This document shows, piece by piece, positions 1 through 10,062 of a DNA stretch of 64,000 nucleotides (position 1 is the stretch's first letter; each line of letters opens with the position of its first letter). Made by a program: the position numbers and the translations under genes. Origin of the DNA: an uncultured cyanobacterium (lineage in GTDB: Bacteria > Cyanobacteriota > Cyanobacteriia > Cyanobacteriales > Nostocaceae); NCBI GenBank assembly GCA_963740315.1, contig CAVUDP010000001.1:1590126-1654125 (forward strand), read 5' to 3'. The notes beneath the pieces were generated by a model. It worked only from the letters and a program-made list of their open reading frames with translations, was not told the origin of the DNA and made no database searches.

Positions 1-1
1 A

Positions 2-2674
2 CCATCAACTAATTCCAGCGAACCATTATTATTAAAAGCTGGAGAAAGAAGAGAAATCAAAGTTAAGGTAGAAAATAAATCAAGACGGGTAGATACTTTC
101 TATTTAACTTGTCCCGATTTGGATCAAGAATGGTTCACACTCAGTTATCCCGAAAGTCCATTTATACGCCCCGGTTTAGTTAGAGAAACAGATGGATTAG
201 ACCTTAATCCTCGTCAGTCAGGTGAATGTACCTTAATTTTACATCCTCCAAAATACCAACAGGCGGGAAGTTATTATCCAACAGTAAAGTTAATTTCTCA
301 GAATAACGAAAGTTTAGTACTTTTGGATGTGGTATATCTGAAAATTTTACCAAATCCAAGTTTGTCTGTTGATATGAATCCTCAGTCACTCAAAATCTCT
401 GGTAAATCAAAATATTTTCACGTACAAGTAAGTAATGAAGGTAATTTTGATAGAGAAGTTAAATTTACTGTCGATAATAGAGATGATATCTTTAACTACA
501 CTTTTGACTACAATCCAATTCAATTATCACCAGCAGAAGATACTGAATTATTTTTAAAAGTAAAACCGAAAAGATGGAAATGGTGGTTGCGATGTTTTAA
601 AGCTAGACAACAAGAAATAAATTTTGATTTAAAGTTAGAAAATGATGAATTTCTTCCACCGGAAGAAGTATTAGCTCAAGGTACTTTGATTTGGGTATCT
701 CGTCCTTGGAAGCTATTTTGGTTTTTGATTGCTTTAGGAATTTTATCGCTTGGGGGAGTCGGATTTTTGCTTTGGAATAAATATCTTAAATATCATCTAC
801 CACCGTCCCCTTATGTAACCAATTTAAGTACTACAAATAAGAGTAATAGCTATCAAAAAGGTGAAGCTGTACTTCTTAACTGGGATATTAATCATTTTGA
901 TAAAGTAAAGAAAGTTGTATTTGTTACTTTACATAATAATGTCGAAATTGAGAGAAAAAAGCATATTATTACGCATAAAAATAGTTTTCTGAAAATTATA
1001 CAAAAAACTATCAATGAGGAAAATAATGGATTGATAAAAAGTGGTTTAAAGAATAGTAATTTAGTACCGACTGAAACAAAATGTGATTTTCTAATAAACA
1101 ATACAAATGTATTAGCTTGTGAAACTTTAAGTCATTTTTTTGATAAATCTGGCAAATATGTTTTTAAAGTAGAAGTTTTTACTAGTGAAAACAGTACAAA
1201 ACCAGTAGATGTCGAACAAAAAACTATAACCGTTTATCCACATCCAATTCCAAGAATATCGTCCTTAGTTACAGATAAACCAAATTATCAAGCATCTAAA
1301 GATTCAGAACAACCTCCAGTAACTTTAAAATGGGATATGAGTAATGCTAATCAAGTTAAAGAATTAAATTTGATAGCTTTAAAACCTGATAATTCTGTAC
1401 ATTTTCAAAAAAATTACAATTTTACAGAAGCTTTTGATACCAAAAAAAATGATTATTTTGACATTAAACCGAAATCTAACGACACAGTATTCAATGATTC
1501 CGAACAGGAATTTGAAAAAATTATTGAGTGTGAGAAAAAGGATGCTAAAAATTCAGAAAAAACAGAAAAATTAATTTGTAATCTAACATTCCCACAAGGT
1601 TTAGAACCTGGTGATTACATTTTTAAACTAGGTGTAGTTCCGAAAAATAAAATAGAAAATCAGAAATTAGAATTCGCAAAAACACCAGTAATCAAGGTTT
1701 TACCAATTCCTCCAACTCCACCTCCTGCTCCTATCCCTAATCCACAAATTCTCAATTTTTCTCCAAGCGCAACCGCTTATCGAGAAGTTAGTTCAAATAA
1801 ATCTCAAAATAATAAATATCAGCCAAAATCTAATTCTGAGAAAATTTTACCTCCTCCAATTCGCTTAAATTGGAGCATCGTTAATACTCAAAAAATTAAG
1901 CAGATAAAAATTATTTCTTTAGATGCGAATGGCACTTTAACCGGAGAAACTAAGTATAATTTAAACCAAGGTGTTCCGAGTGAATGCGAACTCGAAGGAA
2001 AAAACCTAAGCTGTACTGGTATTCCGACTAATGCTAGAAAAGCTGGTAGTTATCAATTCAATTTAGTAGTAATTTATAAGGATAAAGAAACATATAGCGA
2101 AATTATTAAGAGTACTCCTAATATTAAAATTCAACCTCCTCCAACAACAGCACCGGAACCTCCAAAACCTCCGACACCTGTTGAAATTGCTTATTTCAAA
2201 GTGAATGGGAAAGATGCTAGTCAAAATCCCAAGCAAATTATCGAAGTTCATAGAGAAATTGAACCACCAAATATTATATTGTCGTGGAAAGTTAAAGAAG
2301 GAGAAGATATCGAGGTGGAATTACTTCCTTCACCGGGTTTAGTTCCTACTAAAAAAAATAGCTTATCTATTCCTATCTCAAAATCATCTGGTAGCGAAAC
2401 TATCACTTTGAAAGCCAAAAATAAGCAAACTGGGGAGGAAAAAATTCAATCGGTTGTAATTCAAACTGTAGATATAACTCCACCAAAGCAAGTCCAACCA
2501 TTACCATTACCTCAATCACAACAGGGTTTTCCAGATATTTCTAATCCTGGAGCATCTGAAAATAATTCTGGGAATAGTTCTGAAAATAACAACCCAACTC
2601 AACAACCATCTAACTCAAATGAACTTCCACCTATTGAGTTACCACCACAACCTGATTCTAGCAGTAGAGACTAA
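2..2674 (+). CDS. Large CIS-associated membrane protein (Ig-like beta domains, one TM helix, Pro-rich linkers); 5'-truncated by the window edge
   Basis: Frame is open from position 2 (PSTNSSEPLLLKAGERREIKVKVEN...), so the TTG at 119 is not the start. Hydrophobic span LFWFLIALGILSLGGVGFLLW. Stop overlaps the ATPase start (TAATG). Confidence 0.7.
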   Translation, partial: PSTNSSEPLLLKAGERREIKVKVENKSRRVDTFYLTCPDLDQEWFTLSYPESPFIRPGLVRETDGLDLNPRQSGECTLILHPPKYQQAGSYYPTVKLISQNNESLVLLDVVYLKILPNPSLSVDMNPQSLKISGKSKYFHVQVSNEGNFDREVKFTVDNRDDIFNYTFDYNPIQLSPAEDTELFLKVKPKRWKWWLRCFKARQQEINFDLKLENDEFLPPEEVLAQGTLIWVSRPWKLFWFLIALGILSLGGVGFLLWNKYLKYHLPPSPYVTNLSTTNKSNSYQKGEAVLLNWDINHFDKVKKVVFVTLHNNVEIERKKHIITHKNSFLKIIQKTINEENNGLIKSGLKNSNLVPTETKCDFLINNTNVLACETLSHFFDKSGKYVFKVEVFTSENSTKPVDVEQKTITVYPHPIPRISSLVTDKPNYQASKDSEQPPVTLKWDMSNANQVKELNLIALKPDNSVHFQKNYNFTEAFDTKKNDYFDIKPKSNDTVFNDSEQEFEKIIECEKKDAKNSEKTEKLICNLTFPQGLEPGDYIFKLGVVPKNKIENQKLEFAKTPVIKVLPIPPTPPPAPIPNPQILNFSPSATAYREVSSNKSQNNKYQPKSNSEKILPPPIRLNWSIVNTQKIKQIKIISLDANGTLTGETKYNLNQGVPSECELEGKNLSCTGIPTNARKAGSYQFNLVVIYKDKETYSEIIKSTPNIKIQPPPTTAPEPPKPPTPVEIAYFKVNGKDASQNPKQIIEVHREIEPPNIILSWKVKEGEDIEVELLPSPGLVPTKKNSLSIPISKSSGSETITLKAKNKQTGEEKIQSVVIQTVDITPPKQVQPLPLPQSQQGFPDISNPGASENNSGNSSENNNPTQQPSNSNELPPIELPPQPDSSSRD

Positions 2675-4641
2675 TGGATAACTGGCAAAGTCTTAATTAC
2701 CAATATCTAATAAATGCGATCGCAATTGTCGGTGAAGCGCTTTTTTGTCGAGCTAGGGAGGCACAGAATCAGTCAATAGAGGTATTATCAGATGTACGGG
2801 AGGAATTTCAAGTTGAGCAAATCTCAATGTCTTTACCTTCTAATTTAGAAAACATCTGCACTACTTTTAATCTTGGTGATTTCGAGCGAGATTTACTGTT
2901 ATTATGTGCGGGGATGGAATTAAATCCCGCTTGGACATCTTGTTGTGCTGCTGCTCAAAATAATCCTAAGCTGGATTATCCGACTTTTAATTTGGCTCTT
3001 TCCATTTTGAAAAATCCTGATTGGAATGCTCTGAATCCTGCTGCTCCCTTACGTCGTTGGGGTTTAATAGAAGTTGGTAATGCCAATATCCTTACTATCG
3101 CTCCCCTGCGAATCAACGAACGAATTTTGCATTATCTCATGGGTATTTCTCATTTAGATGAGGAGTTATTGGATATGCTCGAAACAGTAGATTCTGTTGA
3201 TTTTTTGGTCGATTCTCATCAACTTTTAGCAGAGCAAATTAGTCAAATATGGTCGCAGAATAAGCATCATGATTTACTCATAATCTCAATGGTACAGCTA
3301 TGTGGGGGTGAGATTGCAAGTAAAAGGAGTATTGCAGCAGCGGCTTGCGCTCAATTAGGATTTAATTTATATATCATCGATACAAGTACTCTTCCTTCTA
3401 CTACAGATGATATTCATAAATTGATACGTTTGTGGAAGCGGGAATACTTACTTAATAAATCCGTTCTTTTTCTGGAATGCAATACAAATAATAATGATGC
3501 AAACAAAGAAAATGCGATCAATTTGTTAATTCAAAAAATCACCAGTCCTCTGATTGTTTCCACTGATGAAAGAAGAGTTATTTTACACCGTCGAACAGTA
3601 ACTTTTGATGTTGATAAACCCACTCCTAGAGAACAGCGACATATTTGGAATCAAGCTTTAAATGAAAAAGCATTCGGGCTTTATGGGTTTGTAGATACTT
3701 TAGTTTCGCAGTTTAATCTCAGCAGCAATGCCATCGAATCTGTCAGTGTTAGCACTATAGAGGCTGACTCAAAAAATACTAGCATACAAAATCAATTATG
3801 GAATAGCTGTCGCGTTCAAGCTCGTCCCCAATTAGATGATTTAGCCCAACGTATTGCATCACCAACAAATTGGGATGACTTGGTTTTACCAATACCTCAA
3901 CGTCAAATTCTCCAAGAAATAATTAGTCAGGTACGTCAAAGAGCAAAAGTTTACGAAAATTGGGGATTTAGTAGCAAAGGTAGTAACGGACTCGGAGTTA
4001 CTGCATTATTCGCAGGTTCTAGCGGTACCGGGAAAACTATGGCTGCATCGGTATTAGCAAAGGAATTGAATCTGGATCTTTACCGCATTGATTTAAGTTC
4101 GGTTGTGAGCAAATATATCGGTGAAACTGAAAAAAATCTACGTCGTGTATTTGACGCAGCAGAAGCAGGTGGAGTGATTCTTTTATTCGATGAAGCAGAT
4201 GCTTTATTTGGTAAACGCAGTGATGTTAAAGACAGTCGCGATCGCTATGCAAATATGGAGGTAAGTTACTTATTGCAGCGTATGGAAGCATACCGGGGTT
4301 TAGCCATTCTTACCAGTAATTTGAAAGACTCAATTGATACAGCTTTTATGCGCCGGATTCGATTTATAGTTAAATTTCCATTCCCCGATGCAAGTCAGCG
4401 GGCAGAAATTTGGCAGCGAATTTTTCCCACAGACACACCATTGAAAGAATTGAATATAAAAAAATTGGCAAAATTAAATGTAGCAGGAGGTAATATCCGT
4501 AACATCGCTTTGAATGCAGCTTTCTTAGCAGCAGACGAAGAACAACCTGTAATGATGAAACATCTTTTACAAGCAGCCGAAAGTGAATATATCAAATTGG
4601 AAAGGACTTTGACAGATGTAGAGAAACAAGGATGGGTTTAA
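2674..4641 (+). CDS. CIS AAA+ ATPase (Afp15/Pvc15-like)
   Basis: Walker A GSSGTGKT, Walker B LLFDEAD, SKYIGETEKN and DRYANMEVSYLLQRME motifs typical of eCIS ATPases. Confidence 0.92.
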   Translation: MDNWQSLNYQYLINAIAIVGEALFCRAREAQNQSIEVLSDVREEFQVEQISMSLPSNLENICTTFNLGDFERDLLLLCAGMELNPAWTSCCAAAQNNPKLDYPTFNLALSILKNPDWNALNPAAPLRRWGLIEVGNANILTIAPLRINERILHYLMGISHLDEELLDMLETVDSVDFLVDSHQLLAEQISQIWSQNKHHDLLIISMVQLCGGEIASKRSIAAAACAQLGFNLYIIDTSTLPSTTDDIHKLIRLWKREYLLNKSVLFLECNTNNNDANKENAINLLIQKITSPLIVSTDERRVILHRRTVTFDVDKPTPREQRHIWNQALNEKAFGLYGFVDTLVSQFNLSSNAIESVSVSTIEADSKNTSIQNQLWNSCRVQARPQLDDLAQRIASPTNWDDLVLPIPQRQILQEIISQVRQRAKVYENWGFSSKGSNGLGVTALFAGSSGTGKTMAASVLAKELNLDLYRIDLSSVVSKYIGETEKNLRRVFDAAEAGGVILLFDEADALFGKRSDVKDSRDRYANMEVSYLLQRMEAYRGLAILTSNLKDSIDTAFMRRIRFIVKFPFPDASQRAEIWQRIFPTDTPLKELNIKKLAKLNVAGGNIRNIALNAAFLAADEEQPVMMKHLLQAAESEYIKLERTLTDVEKQGWV

Positions 4642-4657
4642 AAAGTACTTCCTCCGA

Positions 4658-6028
4658 TTATCCCACAACCACCACCGGACTAACATACTTCCCTTGCTCA
4701 TCCACACCTAATAAACTTTCTGCACCATCTATCTGTATCCGTAATAAATACTCTCCCTGCTTGACATCACGAACCGAAAATATTACCCGTTCGGTATCTT
4801 GATTGCGAGAATTAGCTGCAAAGATATATGCTGCTGGACTAGAAATAGAACATTCGTTTAAAAACAGCAACACCTTCTGTCCCATACCAACTATCAAATC
4901 GACTTCGACTTTTACCCGTGCTGAATAAAATCCATTCTCGTTATCTTCTATATCTTCTAGTTCCACGTTTTCAATTGTTGGACATAATACAAACGGTACG
5001 GTGTTAGAACCAATTACCCTAGTTGGTTCTGATGCAAAGCGTTTGGGTAAGAGGGGATAAATTATTTGTAAGCTTTGTATAGCTGCTCGTAATAAGTTTT
5101 TTTCTTCTATAGATAAGGATGCTAAGTCTAACCGAATTTCATTTTCAGTTACCTTTTGTGGAGTTAATTTAGCTTCTCCAATCTTGATCTCGGGTTTACT
5201 TCGAGACAATGGCTGATTACTCGCTTTATCTCTGATTTCTGAATCTTGACTATTTAATTTATTAGCTAATTCTCTTAACTGTTTGTCACTTAACTCGGCA
5301 TTTAAATTTTGACCGTTAATTATAATATGACTATCCGATTCAAAATTACCACTAGGAACATTTTTTTGATTATTACTATCTTCTAAAACCACCTGAGAAA
5401 TTATTGGTTGATTAGGTTGAAAATAAAATTCTCTTGCTCTAACAGGTAGTAGTCTTTTACCGCTTTTCTTACCTTCAATTAATACAGCGCTAGCCTGCCA
5501 AGCAAAAGATAGAATATATGGAGTTTGGAAGAATACCGACCAAATTTTGGAAAGTTCTTCTGTATTCATGTTGCTAGGAATAATTGTTACCCGTTCTACT
5601 TGTTCTGCTAAGTTAGAATTTCTCAGGTAGCTGCTGTATCTAGAGCTATTTATAGTTTCTTGAATCATCTGGGAAGTTAATATTGGCCGATCGACTAATG
5701 CTCTAAGGGTACTTCCTAAAAGACGTTGAGGTTCTAATTCCGATTCATTTCCATAAAAGGTCATTAAGTAATATAAATTCAATCCAGCTTGGGCTTGTTT
5801 GATTAATTCTCCTTTAGGGCGACGCGTCCTCAAATCCGCATTTTTCCAAGCTGGATTAGGTGTCGCTTGATACATGTATACGTTAACTCTCGGCTGTGTT
5901 GCGCCACTATCGGAATTATCGGGTCTAGCAGTCGTAACTATTGTACCGTCAACATCTTCCTGTATTGATGCTTGGACAATTCTTTGAATCGTTGCCGTTA
6001 CGGTAGCGATCGCCAAATGGTTACTCAT
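4658..6028 (-). CDS. DUF4255 / Afp16-like cap (tail terminator) protein with C-terminal extension
   Basis: N-terminus MSNHLAIATVTATI, plus NVYMYQATPNPAWKN and EELSKIWSVF. The ATG at 6028 gives the family-typical start. Confidence 0.85.
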   Translation of the reverse strand: MSNHLAIATVTATIQRIVQASIQEDVDGTIVTTARPDNSDSGATQPRVNVYMYQATPNPAWKNADLRTRRPKGELIKQAQAGLNLYYLMTFYGNESELEPQRLLGSTLRALVDRPILTSQMIQETINSSRYSSYLRNSNLAEQVERVTIIPSNMNTEELSKIWSVFFQTPYILSFAWQASAVLIEGKKSGKRLLPVRAREFYFQPNQPIISQVVLEDSNNQKNVPSGNFESDSHIIINGQNLNAELSDKQLRELANKLNSQDSEIRDKASNQPLSRSKPEIKIGEAKLTPQKVTENEIRLDLASLSIEEKNLLRAAIQSLQIIYPLLPKRFASEPTRVIGSNTVPFVLCPTIENVELEDIEDNENGFYSARVKVEVDLIVGMGQKVLLFLNECSISSPAAYIFAANSRNQDTERVIFSVRDVKQGEYLLRIQIDGAESLLGVDEQGKYVSPVVVVG

Positions 6029-6669
6029 ATTTCTTTTATACCTATTGTCTTGAGTCAAAATGTAAACAATAAATCGCGATATTTTTATAGATAAACTTTT
6101 AACAAATAAAAATATATAGCAATATTCTCATTAAAATAAATGATTATATTGCGATTTCGTCAATCAGTTACAACAGATTTTATATAACCTTTCCTTAACT
6201 AAGTCATTGCTATTTCCTGCGAAAAATGGTTATAAATACTCGGAGATAAAATAGGATAAACGCTTGTGCTTGACAAGATTCGATTGAATATAACTTAAAT
6301 TATTTTGCCAGATTAAAATAATAATAACAATTAGTGTATTCTAAGGCATTGTCTAAAAAAAATCTTTAGATTTGACAGAAATTAAAGCAATACTTTGGCT
6401 GTGATTAATATAGCATCTGTTTACAGAATATTTGGCAACGGTTGTAAACTCAAAAGTAATTATTTATCTGACAACTGTTCAAATAAAAGTTAACAAAGTT
6501 TACATTTATTTTAGAACTAGCTGCGCGATTATAGTGGTATACTTTTTTCACGATAAAAATCATCCTCATAGTTTTGGTTGCGTAATATAGTGAAACTTTT
6601 GGATGTATGAGATTTCCTGATTATTTATCTATTACGAATTGATTAGCCACAGAAAGGAATATTGAGAAT

Positions 6670-8364
6670 ATGCCCAGATTAGATTATTTTGCCCCTGGTG
6701 TATATGTAGAAGAAATAGACCGGGGTAGTCGTCCCATAGAAGGTGTACAGACTAATATTGCTGGCTTTATTGGTTTCACTGAAGCAATCCGAAGTGGGGC
6801 TGAAGTTGGTAAACCGATGTTGGTAACAAGCTGGAGCCAATATATGGAATACTTCGGTAAAGAAGGTTCCGATGGCTTTACCGAGTTCGGTGCTTATTTA
6901 CCGTTTGCTGTTAATGGTTGGTTTTTGAATGGTGGTGGTCGTTGTTGGATAGTCAGCATCGGTACGGAAATTCCCAAACCGAAAGCAGAACAACAGCAAC
7001 CAGAACCAAGTTCGAGCGCTATTGCTATTAGCATGAAAAGTAAGCGCGAGTCTTTGCGGTTTTACCTCAAAGAGGAGGAAGTAGAAAATGGTTCGGTCGA
7101 TGTAGAAATCCGTCCCAGTCAACCATTAGCAGTTCCTGAAGATTCCGACGAACCCGCACCAGTTCCAGCCGAGTTTTTCAGTGTCATTGTCAGACGTGGT
7201 GGAGAAAAGCTGGAAGAATATCACAACTTAACAATGGATTCCCAGGTTCAACCAGAAGTTGGAACCTATGTAGAAACACAACTGCAACAGTCTGAATATT
7301 TGCAAATTGAAATTGGAGAACAAAAAGGACTTCCTCTGACACGTCGTCCTTTAGATGGAATGTATGAAGTCAGTCCCCCTCCAATTTTGCCTTATCGAGA
7401 GAATTTACAGCGACATGTACAGGGTGTTCGCGATAAAGGTACTGGTATTCAGGGACTCTATGAAATCGATGAAATTACCATGATTGCTTGTCCCGACCTG
7501 ATGAGGGTTTATGAGGAAGGCATATTAAATGATGACCAACTGCATGGCATCATGGGTTTAATGGTAGACTTGTGCGAAAATAGCGCTCCTAACCCACCCA
7601 ACCGGATGGTAGTTTTAGATACACCACCACCCAGAATTGATAAGAGTAAACTCGGAAATGAGGACAAAAAACCTGTCAAAAAACCCCAGCACGTTGCGGA
7701 ATGGTTGGATGACTTTGGTCGTCGTTCGATGTTCGCAGCTCTTTACTATCCTTGGGTGAAAGTAGCCAATCCCAAAGATGAAGGGAAACCAATTATGGTT
7801 CCTCCTTGCGGTCATATGTTAGGGGTTTGGTCGCGTACTGATGAGACTCGTGGAGTATATAAAGCACCAGCCAACGAAACACCCAGAGGAATAATTGGTT
7901 TAGATTATGACTGCAACTTCCGCGAACAGGAATTGCTCAACCCCAAAGGAATTAACTGTATTCGCACCTTCCCCAATCGAGGAATAAAAATCTGGGGTGC
8001 GCGTACTTTAGCCGAAACAGAGAAAACAGAATGGCGTTATATCAACGTCCGACGTTTAATTAGCTACATCGAAAAATCCATTGAACAAGGTACTCAGTGG
8101 GTTGTATTTGAACCCAACGACCAAGACTTATGGGCAAGGGTTAGACGTACCGTAAGTAACTTCTTAGAGCGTTTGTGGCGAGAAGGTGCGCTATTTGGTA
8201 GCACTCCCGAAGAAGCTTTTTACGTCAAGTGCGACGAAAGTATTAATACCGAAGAAACAATGATACTTGGACGCTTGTTTGTAGAAGTTGGGATACGTCC
8301 GGTACGTCCTGCGGAATTTGTTGTCTTCCGTATTAGTCAGTGGAATGGTCCGAGTGCGGAATAG
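6670..8364 (+). CDS. Contractile tail sheath protein (Afp2/3/4-like)
   Basis: PGVYVEE, GVYKAPANE, LNPKGINCIR, WGARTL, WVVFEPND, PVRPAEFVVFRI; AAGGA RBS. Confidence 0.96.
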   Translation: MPRLDYFAPGVYVEEIDRGSRPIEGVQTNIAGFIGFTEAIRSGAEVGKPMLVTSWSQYMEYFGKEGSDGFTEFGAYLPFAVNGWFLNGGGRCWIVSIGTEIPKPKAEQQQPEPSSSAIAISMKSKRESLRFYLKEEEVENGSVDVEIRPSQPLAVPEDSDEPAPVPAEFFSVIVRRGGEKLEEYHNLTMDSQVQPEVGTYVETQLQQSEYLQIEIGEQKGLPLTRRPLDGMYEVSPPPILPYRENLQRHVQGVRDKGTGIQGLYEIDEITMIACPDLMRVYEEGILNDDQLHGIMGLMVDLCENSAPNPPNRMVVLDTPPPRIDKSKLGNEDKKPVKKPQHVAEWLDDFGRRSMFAALYYPWVKVANPKDEGKPIMVPPCGHMLGVWSRTDETRGVYKAPANETPRGIIGLDYDCNFREQELLNPKGINCIRTFPNRGIKIWGARTLAETEKTEWRYINVRRLISYIEKSIEQGTQWVVFEPNDQDLWARVRRTVSNFLERLWREGALFGSTPEEAFYVKCDESINTEETMILGRLFVEVGIRPVRPAEFVVFRISQWNGPSAE

Positions 8365-8370
8365 ATAGCT

Positions 8371-8429
8371 CCGGGTTCGTAGTAAGAAGCTCTAGCTCTG
8401 GAAGGATTAAAGTTCTTGCTACAAACCGG
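8371..8429. repeat. REP-like hairpin (GTAG-type) between sheath and tube genes
   Basis: CCGGGTTCGTAGTAAGAA...TTCTTGCTACAAACCGG imperfect inverted repeat. A related half-element GGACTAAAGTCCTTACTAC lies at ~34640-34658. Confidence 0.55.
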
Positions 8430-8506
8430 AATCAGAATTAATCCGGTCGATTGATAGATTAAACAAATTAAGTCGCTTTCATTAAACTACCAAGGAGTTG
8501 AATAAT

Positions 8507-8980
8507 ATGACTGCTGCACAATCTGAAGAATTATTAGTCAGTTGTAGGTTTTACTTTGAAGCAGACGGAGTTACGGACAAACAAATTTTAGAAGTAGGGG
8601 GTTTAAGTTCTGAAACTCCTGCTGCTGGAGGTGACAAAGTTTTGGGTTCTAGTAAAAATGCAGTCAACCTCCGTCAAGCTGCTCCCACTCGTGCCAAATT
8701 TACACCTGTTACCGTGAAAGTTGTGGCAACTACTAATAAAGACCTGTATAAATGGTACGAGGACTGTAACAAAAACGACGGTGGTAAATCAAATTGGTCT
8801 AGCAGTCGTAAAGCTGCATCTGTAACAGTATACGACCAAGGTGGAGATATGAAAGCTCGTTGGGAAATGATAAACGCTTATCCAACAAAGTATGAAGGAC
8901 CGAAGTTAGAAGCAGGTTCTAATGAAGTTGCAAACGAGACTCTTACATTAGTTCACGAAGGTATCAAGCGAGTTCAATAG
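8507..8980 (+). CDS. Tail tube protein, T4 gp19-like (Afp1-like)
   Basis: RWEMINAYPTKYEGPKLEAGSNEVANETLTLVHEG; AAGGAG RBS before the ATG at 8507. Confidence 0.92.
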   Translation: MTAAQSEELLVSCRFYFEADGVTDKQILEVGGLSSETPAAGGDKVLGSSKNAVNLRQAAPTRAKFTPVTVKVVATTNKDLYKWYEDCNKNDGGKSNWSSSRKAASVTVYDQGGDMKARWEMINAYPTKYEGPKLEAGSNEVANETLTLVHEGIKRVQ

Positions 8981-8986
8981 ACTCAC

Positions 8987-9097
8987 ATCTTGCACCATTC
9001 GCAATAAACGGAGGCAGAGCCTCCAGATCCTAGTTCCCAGGTTGAACCTGGGAACCAGTTCAAGAGTCTCCGGCTCTTGTTGAGAATGGTGCAAGAT
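8987..9097. repeat. MITE-like element with 14-bp terminal inverted repeats and internal hairpins
   Basis: ATCTTGCACCATTC (8987-9000) and GAATGGTGCAAGAT (9084-9097); internal stems GGAGGC/GCCTCC and GTTCCCAGG/CCTGGGAAC. Confidence 0.7.
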
Positions 9098-9177
9098 ATC
9101 AGTAGAGAGGCATAGAGGCATATATGGGGAAAATTAATTCCCCATTTCTAAATTTAGTCAATTTAATACAGGATAAA

Positions 9178-9669
9178 ATGTCAAATAAAATTAATAATTT
9201 TCCAGAAATACTCACAAACAGTAGGTTTTATATAGAACTAAGTTTAGATGGTAGTCAAGACCCAGTAGACGCATATTTCACCGAATGCAAAGGATTTAAA
9301 CATACTCAAGAAGTAATTGAAGTATGTGAAGTGACTCCCCAACGTTGGGGAAAAGCGAAATATGGTCAGGTTGTCCGCACAAAAGTTCCTGGAAATATCA
9401 AGACGAATAATATTACTTTGCGTCGGGGAATGACTAAATCTAAAACTATATGGAAGTGGTTTGATACCGTACAGACTGGTAATTGGGGAGAAAAACGTCG
9501 AAATGGTTCTTTGAGTATTTACGACCAAGCAGGAAAAGTGCAGGCTATTTTTGAATTTTATAATGCATGGCCGACTAATTATATTGCTTCTGATTTAGAT
9601 GCAAATAGTACGGAATTAGCCATTGAAGAAATAGAAATTGCAGTAGAAGTATTTAGTCGTAAACAGTAG
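9178..9669 (+). CDS. Tail tube protein, gp19-like (second paralogue)
   Basis: RFYIEL, NITLRRGMT, RRNGSLSIYDQAG, NAWPT, ELAIEEIEI. Confidence 0.92.
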   Translation: MSNKINNFPEILTNSRFYIELSLDGSQDPVDAYFTECKGFKHTQEVIEVCEVTPQRWGKAKYGQVVRTKVPGNIKTNNITLRRGMTKSKTIWKWFDTVQTGNWGEKRRNGSLSIYDQAGKVQAIFEFYNAWPTNYIASDLDANSTELAIEEIEIAVEVFSRKQ

Positions 9670-9676
9670 GTTGATT

Positions 9677-10018
9677 ATGTTACAAACAGATTTTGAATTT
9701 ACCTTACCCAAAGGTTATTTAGATGGAGACGGTAACTTACATCGGATTGGTGTAATGCGTTTAGCAAAAGCAGCAGATGAGATTATTCCTTTACGGGACC
9801 CTCGTGTTAAGTCAAATCCAGCTTACGCTACGGTAATTATTCTTGCACGAGTGATTACAAAATTGGGAGCGTTAGAAGAAATAAATCCTGCTGTAATTGA
9901 GGGTATGTTTGCTTGTGATTTAAATTTTTTACATAAGTTTTATCGTCAAATTAACGAGTTAGAAGATGATTTAGAAGAAGATACAAATCAAGAAAAACCA
10001 GAATATGTAGAAGCTTGA
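9677..10018 (+). CDS. Conserved CIS tail-assembly chaperone-like protein
   Basis: FEFTLPKGYLD..G.LHR.G.MRLA.A.DEI.PLRDPRV..NPAY motif, typical of the gene after tube genes in CIS loci. Confidence 0.75.
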   Translation: MLQTDFEFTLPKGYLDGDGNLHRIGVMRLAKAADEIIPLRDPRVKSNPAYATVIILARVITKLGALEEINPAVIEGMFACDLNFLHKFYRQINELEDDLEEDTNQEKPEYVEA

Positions 10019-10062
10019 TAAATTAAGCAGAGAAATTATATATTCAATTTGGGAAAATAAAG

